Position numbers and translations under genes: made by a program. A stretch of 64,000 nt of DNA from Orbicella franksi (Eukaryota): contig OZ116701.1 of the NCBI GenBank assembly GCA_964199315.1, positions 20,708,001 to 20,772,000 on the forward strand, given 5' to 3'. The stretch's first letter is position 1. The number at the start of each line of letters is the position of its first letter. Below are positions 13,535-25,807 of this stretch, piece after piece. The notes beneath the pieces were generated by a model, which saw only the letters and a list, made by a program, of their open reading frames with translations, was not told the origin of the DNA and made no database searches.

Positions 13535-13656
13535 CATTCTCGACCCCAGACCCTTCGCTTTCTTGATCGCACGCGAAGGCTCTGGGGAACTCTACGCAAG
13601 TGTAGCCAAAATCTGGCTATGCTGGCGTCACAGCGCATGCTTATTGAAAAACCAAA

Positions 13657-15658
13657 ATGGCGCCTTACTTGGACGCAGCTGTTGTGTCTGCCTTAAAGAA
13701 AGCTGGAAAAGACGAAAACTTTCGCTTAAAAGCTGAGCAAAAGGCAATTATCGAAGCCATAGTTTGTTCTAAAAAAGACGTTTTAGGTGTTTTGCCGACG
13801 GGTTTCGGAAAGTCCCTCGTTTTCCATCTGTTAAGTGATGTTTTTGACTTTATTGATGCTAAAGGTCCACCTACACAGACAAAAGCCATCACCATTGTCG
13901 TATCGCCACTAAATGCCCTGATGAGAGATCAGATAGGAAAATTGGATCACTTGGGAGCCATTATTCTCGACGGAACGAAAAGTACCAACCATTTAGCAAT
14001 GTCCTTAGTAACAGATGGCAAACTACAACTGATATTTTCACACCCAGAACTTCTGCTCGAGAACAACACAAAAACGATGCTGAAAACAACCAACTTTCAG
14101 AGGAATGTGCGTTGCATTGTAGTAGATGAGGCGCATTTAGTGGACGACTGGTGAGTGCTTTTCTTTTAGTGATTTCATTTGGTTTACACAGATACAACTT
14201 CTGTTATAAATTAACTAAAACGTATTAAAGCATACTTTAATTTCAACTGAACTTCAATTTGTTCTACCTTACATCTAACTTAATTACTTGTCAAATTTCT
14301 GCTACAAATTTCAAAACCGTTTAGTGGCAGGTTAATGTGTGTACATGCACAGTTTGGCATTAACTCAAATATATGGAAGGTTGCAAACTTTTAAACCAAG
14401 AGAATAATGTTAATCATTTCAATTCAATCAAAGAAAACAAAGCATAGTATAAAATGGATGTGACCCCTTTTCTTAAAACCCATCTATTATATTTTTTGTG
14501 CAACTCAGGAAAGAGTTTCGCCCAGCATTTGGGAAGCTTGATACCATCTGCAGTATTTTCCCTGATGTGCCCATCGTGGCTCTAACTGCCACAGCTACCA
14601 AAAGCAAGAAAGAAAAGATTGTTAGCTCCATTGGTCTTCAGCTTCCTTTTGTTGTTGAGGTTAATCCAGACAGAGAAAATATTTTCTTTGAGTCAAAACC
14701 CCGACCAGCTGCTAAAGAAGAAAGAATAACAATTCTAACACCTTATGCTCAGGAGTTAAAAGCTAAAAGATCTGCCATGCCGTTAACAATATTTTATGGG
14801 GACCTGGAGGGCTGTGCTGAAAGCTTTCTTTATTTCAGCTCTGAGCTAGGTGATAATCAGTATGAGCCACTCCATGCAGACAAAGTGGCCAAGAACAGGC
14901 TATTTACACAATATCATGCACAATACCCAAAACATGAACAAGAGCGCATTATGGAAGAACTTACTAACAATAAATGTAAGCACAGAGTTTTTTTTGTGAC
15001 CATTGCATTTGGTATTGGCATAGACTGCCCTAACATTAGGGTAATTCATCTCGGTGTACCTTACACCATGGAGGAGTACTTCCAGGAAGCTGGCCGTGCT
15101 GGAAGGGATGGTCTACCAGCCAAAGCTACAATTTACTACAATGCATATGACATTAGCAAAGCGAAACGTGGCCTACAAGATATTATGATTAAGTTTGTGA
15201 AATCAACATCTGACTGCAAACGCAAAATTATTCTCCAATATTTTGGGTATCAAGCCCCAGACAGAACTGATGGTGGTCATGATTGCTGTGACTACCACAG
15301 AAACATATGCTCCTGTGAACTTTGTGTAAGTGAAGCTAAGAAACCAAAATTTGTCACTGAAGTTGATCTGCAGAGTACAGCACCTACTGGTTCCATCACT
15401 GTTTCCAAAGAACAGAGAGACCTTTTTCGTCAGAGGCTTCTTAGTTTTCGTGATACCCTGGGTACTTCCAGGTCTTGTGTTGGCAGTGTGAGCTTGTCAA
15501 CTGGTTTCAGCTTAGAGTTAGTTGATAAAGCAGTGCAAAACTTTGAGCACTTAGATTCCATTGGGAGTATTTTATCCTATTTACCTGTTTTCAGTGAAGA
15601 CAATGTTAAAGCTATTTTTGACATCCTACAAAGTGTCCTAGGTGAGCTACGGACCTAG
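13657..15658 (+). CDS. RecQ-family SF2 helicase of the Academ element; exons 13657-14150 and 14509-15658, about 547 aa
   Basis: Motifs LPTGFGKS, SPLNALMRDQ, VDEAH, ALTATA, AFGIGID, QEAGRAGRDG and RQC-like CKRK...CCDYH. A phase-2 GT-AG intron joins TG|G (W) in frame. No stops. Confidence 0.88.
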
Positions 15659-15869
15659 ATGGAGTTATGTTCCATTCTTATGTTTTAATAAGTCATAGTG
15701 AAGTGGCTGGTTATAAACTATGCAAATGTCAACTCGGAGATGGGAGGTGCTCTAGTTTACTTGGGTGGCATCACAATATTCTTGTCAAACCTTTACACTA
15801 AACTTCATGTGTAATTCATTAATATTTAAGACAGAGAAAACATGGTCTGTTTTTCTATCAAGTTTTAGT

Positions 15870-16330
15870 ATGAATCTACTAGTGTTCTATCATGAATGCC
15901 ATTCTCTGATTGGCTACGCTACTCACTGTCTATTCTGTGATAGATAGTGAGTAGCGTAGCAGTGTGCCCTTGTTAACAAAATGACGGCTGCTTCTTGGCA
16001 TTTTCTAAGTGTCTGTGAAGAGGATTTAGATAGAGTTTAGAACGACTAGTAGATTTATACTAAAACAATTAGATTATTCACTCTCAATTTCTATGCGTCA
16101 TAGTTGACTCTGGCTGCACCCTCGTCAATTATCACATGATAGAAATCTCAACCTCAAAAACACAAAAGGAAGTTTGGGAGAACTAGAAATGTTGTGTGAC
16201 CATGAGCTGACAGGCGAGTGTTTCCACGGCTTTTTCACATCCTCCCAAACTTTCACAAGTTTTTCTAATGTATACCCCAATAGAAACACCAAGAAAATGT
16301 TTTTATCTTATTTAGAAGAGCCCAAAGAAA
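15870..16330. repeat. Short non-autonomous repeat, possibly Crypton-associated
   Basis: Internal inverted motifs (AATCTACTAGT near 15872, ACTAGTAGATT near 16044). The resemblance to common cnidarian repeats is from memory only. Boundaries approximate. Confidence 0.3.
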
Positions 16331-19300
16331 ATAATAAACAATGTGACTAGGACAACTTTTTTGTTTTCCTATTGAGTTACAGAAATATGATTTTTAACCA
16401 TTTAGGGCACGTATTTTCTTTGGGCTATTTTCTAAAATATGCATTGTTATTCATGGTTTACCCTAAAGAATGTTAGGATAAATGTGAGTGGATGGAAATG
16501 GCTTCCTTGGAGGTTATAAGTACATTTATGTGGATTACCTGTTGTTCTCAAAATATCAATGGTACATGTACTTACTGAATTATCTTGGAAAACTGAGCAC
16601 ATTTAAGATACTACGTGTATGCAAGTGTGTAAACTTACATAATTTGTAAAATTCTTATAACAATGTAAGATGGCTGAAGTTATGTTGGACTGACAATAAA
16701 CTTTGTCCTTTTTAGGTAATGTGCTCATGATTTCTAACTTTACACTTTTTGTGTGACTAATCAGGACTGATCTCATCCACATCCGACTCTTCATCAAAGT
16801 CATTGTCACTCTCATCCTCAATATCACTGCTGCTATCCCCATCACTGTCAGCTCCAGCAAATCTACACGCTGCCAGTTTCCTTTTATGTCTAGTTAACCA
16901 AGCATCCAGTTTTACAATGTCCAACTGGTCGAGGGGACTTTTTGGGATGGTGGGGAAAGAGTTGTGTTTACGACCTGAAGTAAACACAAATGGTCTTCGG
17001 CTATGTATAAGTTCAATCATTTCCCTCTCGTCATCTTGCTTACTCAGAGATGTGTGAAGGGTGTAGTCAGGAGCAATTTGACACTGTCTATCAAAATTAT
17101 CTGAAACACCTTTCAAACCACAAGAAGCTTTTGTAGCCCTCTCTACTGCTGCGAGTGTCTTGTTAGCTACAAGATCCTTCAGAACAGTTTTGTGGCCTTT
17201 AACAAAGTGCTCTTGTTTAAGGTCATTGGCAACATTCTTCCCTTCACCACCTCTCCAGTTAACAAACTGTCCATGTATAATCCTATGGGCTACTTTCTGG
17301 GTGTAAAGGGCCTTAACACATGTTATAAACCACATCATTTCAAATGCATACTTCATTCCTCTTGGTCTAGATCTGAAATAAAGCATTAATAGTTTTGCAT
17401 TTCTTAGATTACGTTCACCATCCCCCTCCTTTTCTGTATCATGTAGTTGCATCAGTATTGTGCCAAGTTGTATCACTTGCAAGCCATAGTTGAGTACCCT
17501 GTCATCCTTCTGTGGATCCTGTGGTGGTATGTTTGATATTGTAGCTTCTGGCTCAGTAAATGGTTCAGACTGAGGTTGTTGTTTGTTGTCTTCTTGACTT
17601 GCTTTGTTCTGACCACATAATGCTAAGAGGTTTTTCTGCCAAATCACGTACTGTCCAACATGCAGGTTGTGTGTGTTTCTTTCAGGACTTGCAGCCTCAA
17701 CATGAGCTACATACACCAATGCAGTCTCAGTGTTGGTCACAATGGTGGGTGGAGGAGTTATTACTTTCCCCACTCCTAGTACTATAGTTTCCTGGTTAGG
17801 TACTTGTTGGAGAAGAGCAACAACGTGACCTGCACAATGCATAACAGTGAATGCAAGATGCATTTTATTCTTGCTCAAAAAGTGTATCTTAGTACTACAT
17901 GTATATATTAAATATTACAAATTTTTAAAACTTCTCAGCAATTAAGTCATCTGTATTACCATTAGGTTTATCTGAAGAGTGAAATACAGGTAGCAGTTGT
18001 ACCACGAAATCTTTAAATAATATCGTGAGTTAAAAAGCCAATGACCTGTAACAAAAAAGAGCCAAAACCATTTGTTTTTAGTGTACATAAATTTAACTTC
18101 ATATAAAATGTAATATATGTAATATGCACCTGGTTGGATGGATGGTCTCTTTGCTCTGTTCAATGAATCTGTGTTTACTTCCCTTTGCTCTTGATCTTTT
18201 TGAAACATAAACAACAATGAGCCAAAAAAAATGCCTATGTGTAGTTGATTTAATTAGTGAGGTTTTAAATATGTTTTATCATGTATTATTATATGCATAT
18301 TGTTTTGCACATTTATTAACTCATTTTCAAAATTATGAGAGCTATTGAAAAAAATTGTCTTTCACTCGGTGATATCCCTGATTAATTATTACCAGTAACA
18401 GATTGGGTAAAAACTATTTTAATGTCCACAAAAAGTTTTGACATGGTTTAAGTGATTATATTGTATAATTTCAAAGTGTTTTGCGGGTGTTTAATTTATT
18501 TAACTTACCCTTACATATGCATGTAGCTGTCCCTTTCTCTACCCATCTCCCTTGTCTGTTCCTGACAAGCCCCTTAAGTAATTAGTAGCTAATGGCTGTC
18601 TCTTTCAGATCCGAGCCAACAGAAAATTATTGTTCCTTCTTAGGCTTGTCAGAAGTACCCAGCTACCAGCAAAAATCACTATCTACTTCATGATCTCCCC
18701 CAGCTACTCTACTTGCTAATCACCTGATTCTTTAAGCGAGATGGCAAAATCAGCTGCCTACTTCAAACCTATGTAACAACTGCCTCTTATTTCTTTAACT
18801 GATGACCAAGAATGTTAACCTCAGCTAATAATTAACAAAATAATGCAGATAAAAACACGGCTCAATAATAAATTTCATAAGTATTCAATTCTGTACCTGC
18901 TGAGTAGATGGGTGATTGCTGAAACCTGGGTTCTGTAGCAGCAGCTTCAGCCTGTGGCTGCTGCAGTGCTTGCTCTTTCTGTTGTCTCAGAGCTTTTTCA
19001 ACATCAAATTCAAGCATCACGTACTCATCCACAAAACAACCAATGATCTTTTCCAAGTCCTTCGGGTCTGAGGAAGTAATTTTCTTTGGAGCACCATCCA
19101 ATCGTTCTAGACCAGCATATTCCATGAAAGCACTACACAAGTAGGCTTTTGTTGCTGATAACATAAGGGAATTGGCACTCTCAAAGTTGCTCTTAACTTT
19201 GGTGGAAACATTTACTAAGCCAAAACGTTGCCTCAAGTTGTAGAGGGAACCTACATCTCGTGCAGACTGTGTATTGTACAGCTGCTCCCAGATGTACTGA

Positions 19301-19411
19301 AGAGAGAATTAATAAAAGAAAACAGTGACTTAATGCATCAATCTCACACCAATTGATTGTATGATAGCTAGACTACTACTAAAACTGGTCAGTAACATGG
19401 AGGACTTAGGA

Positions 19412-20698
19412 GTGTTAATCATTACCTAAGTGATGATAGTTAATTGTTGATTGATGTAACAGCACGTTGTTAAGCAAGTTATTTAGAATCGTATGTCAGT
19501 TGTAATCTCTTGTCGATCTGTTCGAACCGTTTTTTGGTTCCATCTCCGACCATCATGACTCATCAGGATTCTACCTCTCCCGTTCTTCCCCGACGCTCAG
19601 GCAGAAAAGTCAAGCCGAACAGGGATCCCGACTATGAATACGTGCAAATGCGCATTGATCAACTCGATCGCGAATTAGCCGCATCGGGGCTATCGCCTCG
19701 TGCTCCGTTAATAACATCTCATGCTCACGGTTCTCATGATTCTCCTTCTTCGAGGCAGCTCTCTGATCCTCCAGTCGCTGTTCCATCCACATCTGCACTA
19801 ACAGCGGAGATCGAACTGGCTCAACTGCAGCGAGACAAGTTGGCTCTCGAGCTGGAAGTTTTAAAGCTTCGCACCGCAGCGGCAGAAACCAAGGTTGAGG
19901 GAGTGGAGTCGAAGCCAAGCACAACAAGAAAGAAGAGAACTATCGACTGGCCTCACAAGTTCTGCTCAGGTGCGCCCACTTTAGAATTTGAGAAGTTGGA
20001 GATGGCCGACTTTGTTGCTGGTTTTCTCGCCATGGTTAAGCCATATGAGGCCAAGCGCAAAGAGGTTATGCTCCAGCTTCTCGAGTTGTTAATGTGCAAA
20101 GCCTCTAGCTATACTTGGAGGAGTGTTAGGGGATTTTATGCTCATATTGCCAAGCAAGTGGAGTTGTGTCGCCTGGAATTTGATGACGAGTCTCAAATCC
20201 GCGATTCAGCAACCATTTTCTTCAAGCATTCAGATTTACGGTCTTCCACTCCCCAGCCACGCTCGAATAATTCGGCTGGGGGCGGATCTTCTTCTGGTAG
20301 CGATATCATCAACAATAAATCGTCAAAGCCAGATTCTTCACAGGCCAAGGCTTGTCGTCAATGGAATTATCTCGGTTCTTGCCCCTGTGATTCAACTAGC
20401 GCGTCGTACGCAGGGCATCACAAATGTCGAGTCTGCGCTAAAGATCATCCTATGCTTCACTGCCCAAAGCGACGTGCTCCTATTCCTGAAGTGAACTTCA
20501 ATTCTTCAGAGCCGGCGTGACTCACGAGCTCAAACCCGAGTACGGACCCTTTTACGCCCCAACCGACTCCAGCTTTTCCTACGGACTTATCGCTCACGGA
20601 CATCCCTAACACTAGATTTAATTCCTTTTCAGATGACTTTGCTGCGACCGCAGTAATTCAGCATATTCTGGCTTCTAAATCAGTTTCCCAATGCCCGT
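19412..20698 (+). mobile_element. 5' fragment of an Ngaro/DIRS-type tyrosine-recombinase retroelement inside an Academ intron
   Basis: Contains a Gag-like ORF, is truncated soon after it, and is flanked by a 32-bp direct repeat. Confidence 0.65.
19555..20520 (+). CDS. Ngaro-like ORF1 (Gag-like), 321 aa
   Basis: Open ORF with YTWRSVRGFYAHI and a C-terminal CRQWN..SC...HKCRVCAKDHPMLHC Cys/His region typical of YR-retroelement ORF1. Confidence 0.65.
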   Translation: MTHQDSTSPVLPRRSGRKVKPNRDPDYEYVQMRIDQLDRELAASGLSPRAPLITSHAHGSHDSPSSRQLSDPPVAVPSTSALTAEIELAQLQRDKLALELEVLKLRTAAAETKVEGVESKPSTTRKKRTIDWPHKFCSGAPTLEFEKLEMADFVAGFLAMVKPYEAKRKEVMLQLLELLMCKASSYTWRSVRGFYAHIAKQVELCRLEFDDESQIRDSATIFFKHSDLRSSTPQPRSNNSAGGGSSSGSDIINNKSSKPDSSQAKACRQWNYLGSCPCDSTSASYAGHHKCRVCAKDHPMLHCPKRRAPIPEVNFNSSEPA

Positions 20699-23600
20699 TA
20701 AAACTGGTCAGTAACATGGAGGACTTAGGACTGTGATCTGGTAATGTAACATGATTGAAATTCAAAAGTCATACTGACATTTCAATCTCATACATGTACC
20801 TACATAGTTTTATATCATTGAAAATATTAAAGTCGATCATTTATGATGTTAAATCATCATCATTATTATCATTAGTTTCACCTCCTATTACAGTACATTT
20901 GACAGTTGCAATAAGTGATTATAGCCTGAGAACTGAAAGTCCTCTGAGCTGGTAGCAGGACAGAAATCTCGAGTCCAGATGTAGGCTATGCTAGGCTTTG
21001 CATTAAATGCATATAGAATTGTTATCTTTTATATTCATTAAATAGTAATTATTTGTTTTTTCTTGACCATCTAAAAACCAGTACATCAAGTTGGGAAAAC
21101 ATATTGTAAGCAGCTGTGCATGTATACATGTAAATAATGTTACAAAGCACAATTTAGTCCCTTTTACTTTGTAAAAATCTTATGCACTGCTTGCACAAGG
21201 GTCAAACAACCTATATCTTCAGGAGGGGTTAGGGAGTTAGGATATCAGAAGGAAAAAGCATCAATGGGATTTTTGTTTATTTTAAATTCAGTTCCACCAC
21301 CTCCACCCACAGAGGTATTTCAGTCTTACCCCAAGGAATGACTGCTTAGCATGCCAGACAGCTGCAGCTTCTATAACACATTCAAACTTTTCACATGAAT
21401 AGTCGCAGCCTGCTCTAGTTTTCTTCGCTCCAGTCACTCGTTCCCGACCAAGAAGGTCACCAAACAGTGGGATATGCTTTCCTACCAGTTGTAGAACACC
21501 AGAAAATTACTTTTTGAAAACAAAATTCATGTATTGAAGTAAATCTATTTCACTGTTTATACATTCAATACATATATTCAAAGCAAATAATTTCTATGTT
21601 AAAATATTTCATATTTTATTATATACATTAATTTCTGTCATAAATTTACCCAACTGATTATTGACAGAAACACATTAATTTAAGGTGGCTGAACACAGTT
21701 TTTGATATCCGTGTTCATTCACCTTTTTCTCTAAAACCCTTAATCCTTCGCTCGCCAAAAATAGCAGCAGGCAAGTTAACATCACAAACTTTGGGTTTTT
21801 GATGGTTAAGCTGACGTAAGTGCCATTGCCATGGCAACATGAATAAATATAAACAGGCCTTTAAAATCAGTTTTGTTTATTTATAGAAAATCTAGTCATT
21901 AGATTTTCTTTACAATTTGCATGCAACAAGCTTGTAGCAATTCTCACAAGTTAACACCATTTTGCTAATAATTTAACAGAGAGATCCTTAATTATCCGTT
22001 GTTGAAGGTTCACTGGAATATCTAGAATTTCCTTTGTTAAAGTTCAATCATTTTCAATACTCCAGTTACTTATTTCCTTAAGTATTTTTGTGCCAAATTT
22101 CGTGAAATTCTAATGAGTGGTTTTCAAGTAATAGGTGTATTTCCGAGAGTGCAATTTTCATTCAATCGCAATTTTTTGACCTACTACGCATGCGTTGCAT
22201 TTAACTGGGTTCTTTCAGTAACAAAGAAAAAGCGGGGAATTGCTGGGTTCTTTGCAGCGTTACCTTTCCTAACATATCTTTGTAATAAAAGACTAAAGCC
22301 ATCAACACTCTGGGTTCAATTATAGAGAAAAATAACGCAGATAGTAAATAAAATGATCGTTCTATTGACAGCATGCTTGTTTTTAGCAATCCTTGTGCGT
22401 GCGCTGAATGGCATCAGCAAAAGCACACATGAAAACTGTTCGGCCACCTTAATTGTTGTAAATATTTTTTGCAAATTCATTAAGACGGGAAAATAAAGAA
22501 GCAAGCATTGTCTCAGAAAGAATTCCATGTGACAGAATTTAATACCTCATTTAATAAAAATTGCTCTTTTTTTCTTGTTGTTATAACTATAGTTAAAACA
22601 GAAAATTTTAAGGTACACACCTAGGGCAGATCTAGGGGGTTTTGGTTGAACCTCCTAAATTAAAAGAAAAAAGACATTTATAACATGCTCACTTGGTCTC
22701 AGATTGCTGGAAATTCTCAATTTAAAAAAAAAATTGAGGGAGGATGCCCCCGGGCCCCCTACAGGGGGGTGCCTTTGGTAGTCCCCTTCTCAAACCCCCT
22801 TCTCTAAAATCCTGTACTCACCCCTGATACACTACAGGTTAGTAATTGATTGTCAAAAAAATAAATAAAACTTATTGTGATATTCTTTTCACACACCTTT
22901 TAGAAGTGTTTCTGTTCTTTCCAGTTTTTCTAACTGTGAAACTTCTTCTGCGATACTTCCCTCATCAGGGGCGTACACCTCAGTGAGTAGCTCCTGCAGC
23001 ACTTCAAGATACTGCACAACATCAGAATGCTTCGACTGATTGTATGGAACAATTGGTAGGTTGATGACAATAGATTTCTTTGCCATTTCTGCAGAGAAGC
23101 GATGCTTAATATGCTTAGGGATAAAAGATTCCAAGGAACTGAGACATGGAAAGAATTCTACCAGTATTCTGCTAACAAGGACAATGAACTCTTTTCTGAA
23201 AAGCTGAAGCTCATCCTTACAAAGCAAGTAATTGGAATTGCTGAAAGTGCTAATGTCATTCACTAGTGGCTTTGTATCATCAAGCCCAGCACTTGAGATC
23301 CGATCAAATGTTAAATAATACGTTATCCAGTGAAAATCAGAGTTCCTATGATTTTTCAGGATCACATTTGCTAAAATTTTGAAATCAAAATTGTCAAATG
23401 TAGCTCTTAATTCCATAGAACTGTTTTCCTTCATTACGTCACGAACCTTTTGTACAAGCCCATCACCTGCAAAGAAAGGAAGAAAAAGTTCTTAATTTTC
23501 AAGAAGGAAAATAACAATAATACATATATTTTATGCCCTTTAAAATAATTTATGATTTAAGAAAAACTGTTGTAAATGAATGCTTACCAATGACATCCAT

Positions 23601-25807
23601 AGTTTTCAAGTAGTTTGCCCTTGACTGACAGATACCAAGACTCCTCATTCTTTCAAAGGTCTGCATGGTACATATTGCAAGAAATAAAAAAAAAAAACAG
23701 ATAAATGTGAAACAACAACTTAATTAAAAGCTATACATCAGCACCTATAAAAAAACTTGTTAATACCTTTTGAGATGATTGCTAAATGAAAAAGTCTGTG
23801 AGTACCAGTAAGTCTTGACACAGTTTTCTTATAAAACTTCATCCCTAACAGAAGCTAAGGTATCTTTGTCTTAGACACTCTACATTTTAAACTTCTCTGA
23901 CCAAAAGGTGGACACCCCCAAGCAGACACTTCTATGTAGTTTCATTGGGTTTTACTTGTGGCTAGGGAATGGTTATAATTACATTTTGATGAGAGGAAAT
24001 GTACTACTTGGAAAAAAAAGTACAGCACAATACAGTTTACCACTAAGTGATCAAATATATTGATAAACATCACCTTTGTCCACCCCTTTTTTTCTTGTAT
24101 TTTTGAAAAAAAATCCAACCATCTTTAGAGGGGATTTTTTCATTCTGTTTGGGGAGGGGGGGTTGGCTTGCACTCTGCCACAATTCCTTTGGCCCCTTCT
24201 GTTTGAATATTTTGGATCCGCCCATGGCTAAATTTACCTTTTTGCTGCTGTGCCCAACTCCAAGAATAATTGTAGCAATTTTTTGGACCAAGCTAAGCTC
24301 TTGCCACCTCTGGTTCATCATCATTGCATAAACCATGCACACTGGAGGGACTTGAGCATCCACATTTTTCTTTAGTCTGGGAGCAGCCACTGTTGCAATG
24401 AAGTCTAGTATATCTGGTGCCCTGTTCTTCATTTCTTTCATAACATTGCACCACTCAACACTTTCCAAAGCTTCCACTGATGTGTCTTTAAGGACCGACG
24501 GCTCACCACGAGTCCTTACACACAGTGATTGGCACTGGTCATTGATTTCTTTAAGTAGCTGTAACTTGATGGCCCCCTTGATGCTATCAACACTGAGAAC
24601 TTCTTTGGCAATGTCCTCTGGAATTCCCCACTGCACAGTACTCAATACCTTTGTAACTGTTGCTTTTGGTATGGCGTCTTTGCATGACTTGATGAGCTGG
24701 AAGGTCATTAAATGAAAACAATTTTGTCCATTATGTTTCTTTTCTTAATTTAACTTACGTATAATATCAACAGGGGTAGTTTATCCAGACTCGGATGGAA
24801 ATACCGGCGTAACAATTTTTTTGAAAATCGCACAAGTTCTTCTTTCCTGGAACTTTTTTCACGAGCTCCGTTTAATTTATTTTAAATCTTAAAAATAATA
24901 TAATAAAACGAACCTGTGAGTTTCGAAGACCAGCATCGGTTAATATCTCCAAGGCCTGTTGTTTGTTTAATTCGTTGTCTGGACTCGAGGCGCTTCTCGC
25001 GCTTACCACAGGTAAGGGAAGGATATCACGACTGTTTGTAGGAACTTGCTCGCCGGAGAAAAGTGAAGAAATCTGAACTCTCAACTCAGAGCTACACTCT
25101 TCATCAGCCGCTTGATTGGCCGGAGTAAAGGTGGTGGTGTCAAAGTGCCGTGTCGTAAACTCAGTGGGAACTGTAGGCCTTCATTTTCCATGTGGTTCTT
25201 GTGTTGGTGTTGAAGGCTTTCTGCCACGTTTAAGCCGAGCGTTATCTAAATCCGCTATCTGGATTTCTTTGGATTGCGAGCAAATGTTTCGGAAGTCATC
25301 GATAGCTTTCGCAAGTCCTGTGACCTTTCGGAAACATTTCCTGCAGATTTTTGTTGTTAGGAAATCTTCATCGCTCTCTTGCACCTGGATCTTTCCCACT
25401 TCTTTTAGTTTCTCGATCACATTTTCCCTTTGAGCCGTTTTTCCAAACAAATCTATGCTATCATATACGTTGGACAAATGAGAATTGCAGCAACGGCAAA
25501 TTTTGACCTTCCGATTGCACAGTTTTTTCGGTGTTCCGCCCATTTCTTTCACTGTTCCCTGCACGCACTGTAAGTTTTCCCGTAAATTCATTACAGGTAG
25601 CGCGTAATAAATTGACCAATCAGAAACGTTTTTATTGTTTCACTCATAAACCAATCAGAACAGACTTTCTGGCCCAGTTTCCCAGAGCTCTTCTCGCCGT
25701 CCGTCATGCGCAAAAGAGAAGAGCTCTGGGGTCGAGAATGGTGCCCACCTCCGTTAAGGGCGTGTCGAATGTGGTGGTCGGGTTTTTGATTCAACTACGT
25801 GAGCCAT

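Larger units (their letters stand above)
16757..25543 (-). pseudogene. Academ transposase (DUF6589-like), 7 exons, about 1118 codons, one nonsense codon
   Basis: Phase-consistent GT-AG exons 25543-24914, 24696-24238, 23660-23588, 23466-22897, 21481-21330, 19296-18897, 17829-16757. N-terminal CxxC..CxxC; motifs TFDNFDF, LFGDLLGRER, VWHAK, FVNWRGGEGKNVANDLKQEH. Single in-frame TGA at 25181-25183. Start codon choice (25543 or 25591) is uncertain. Confidence 0.82.
13535..25740. mobile_element. AcademH-type DNA transposon (helicase-encoding Academ lineage), about 12.2 kb
   Basis: 16-bp perfect TIR CATTCTCGACCCCAGA at both ends. 10-bp TSD GTGCCCACCT at 13525-13534 and 25741-25750. Convergent RecQ-like helicase and DUF6589-like transposase genes. 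Confidence 0.88.

Noticed and set aside
13657-15658. Host RECQL/BLM/WRN gene
   Set aside because: It is enclosed by Academ TIRs and a TSD, has only two exons, and lacks the host-specific extensions.
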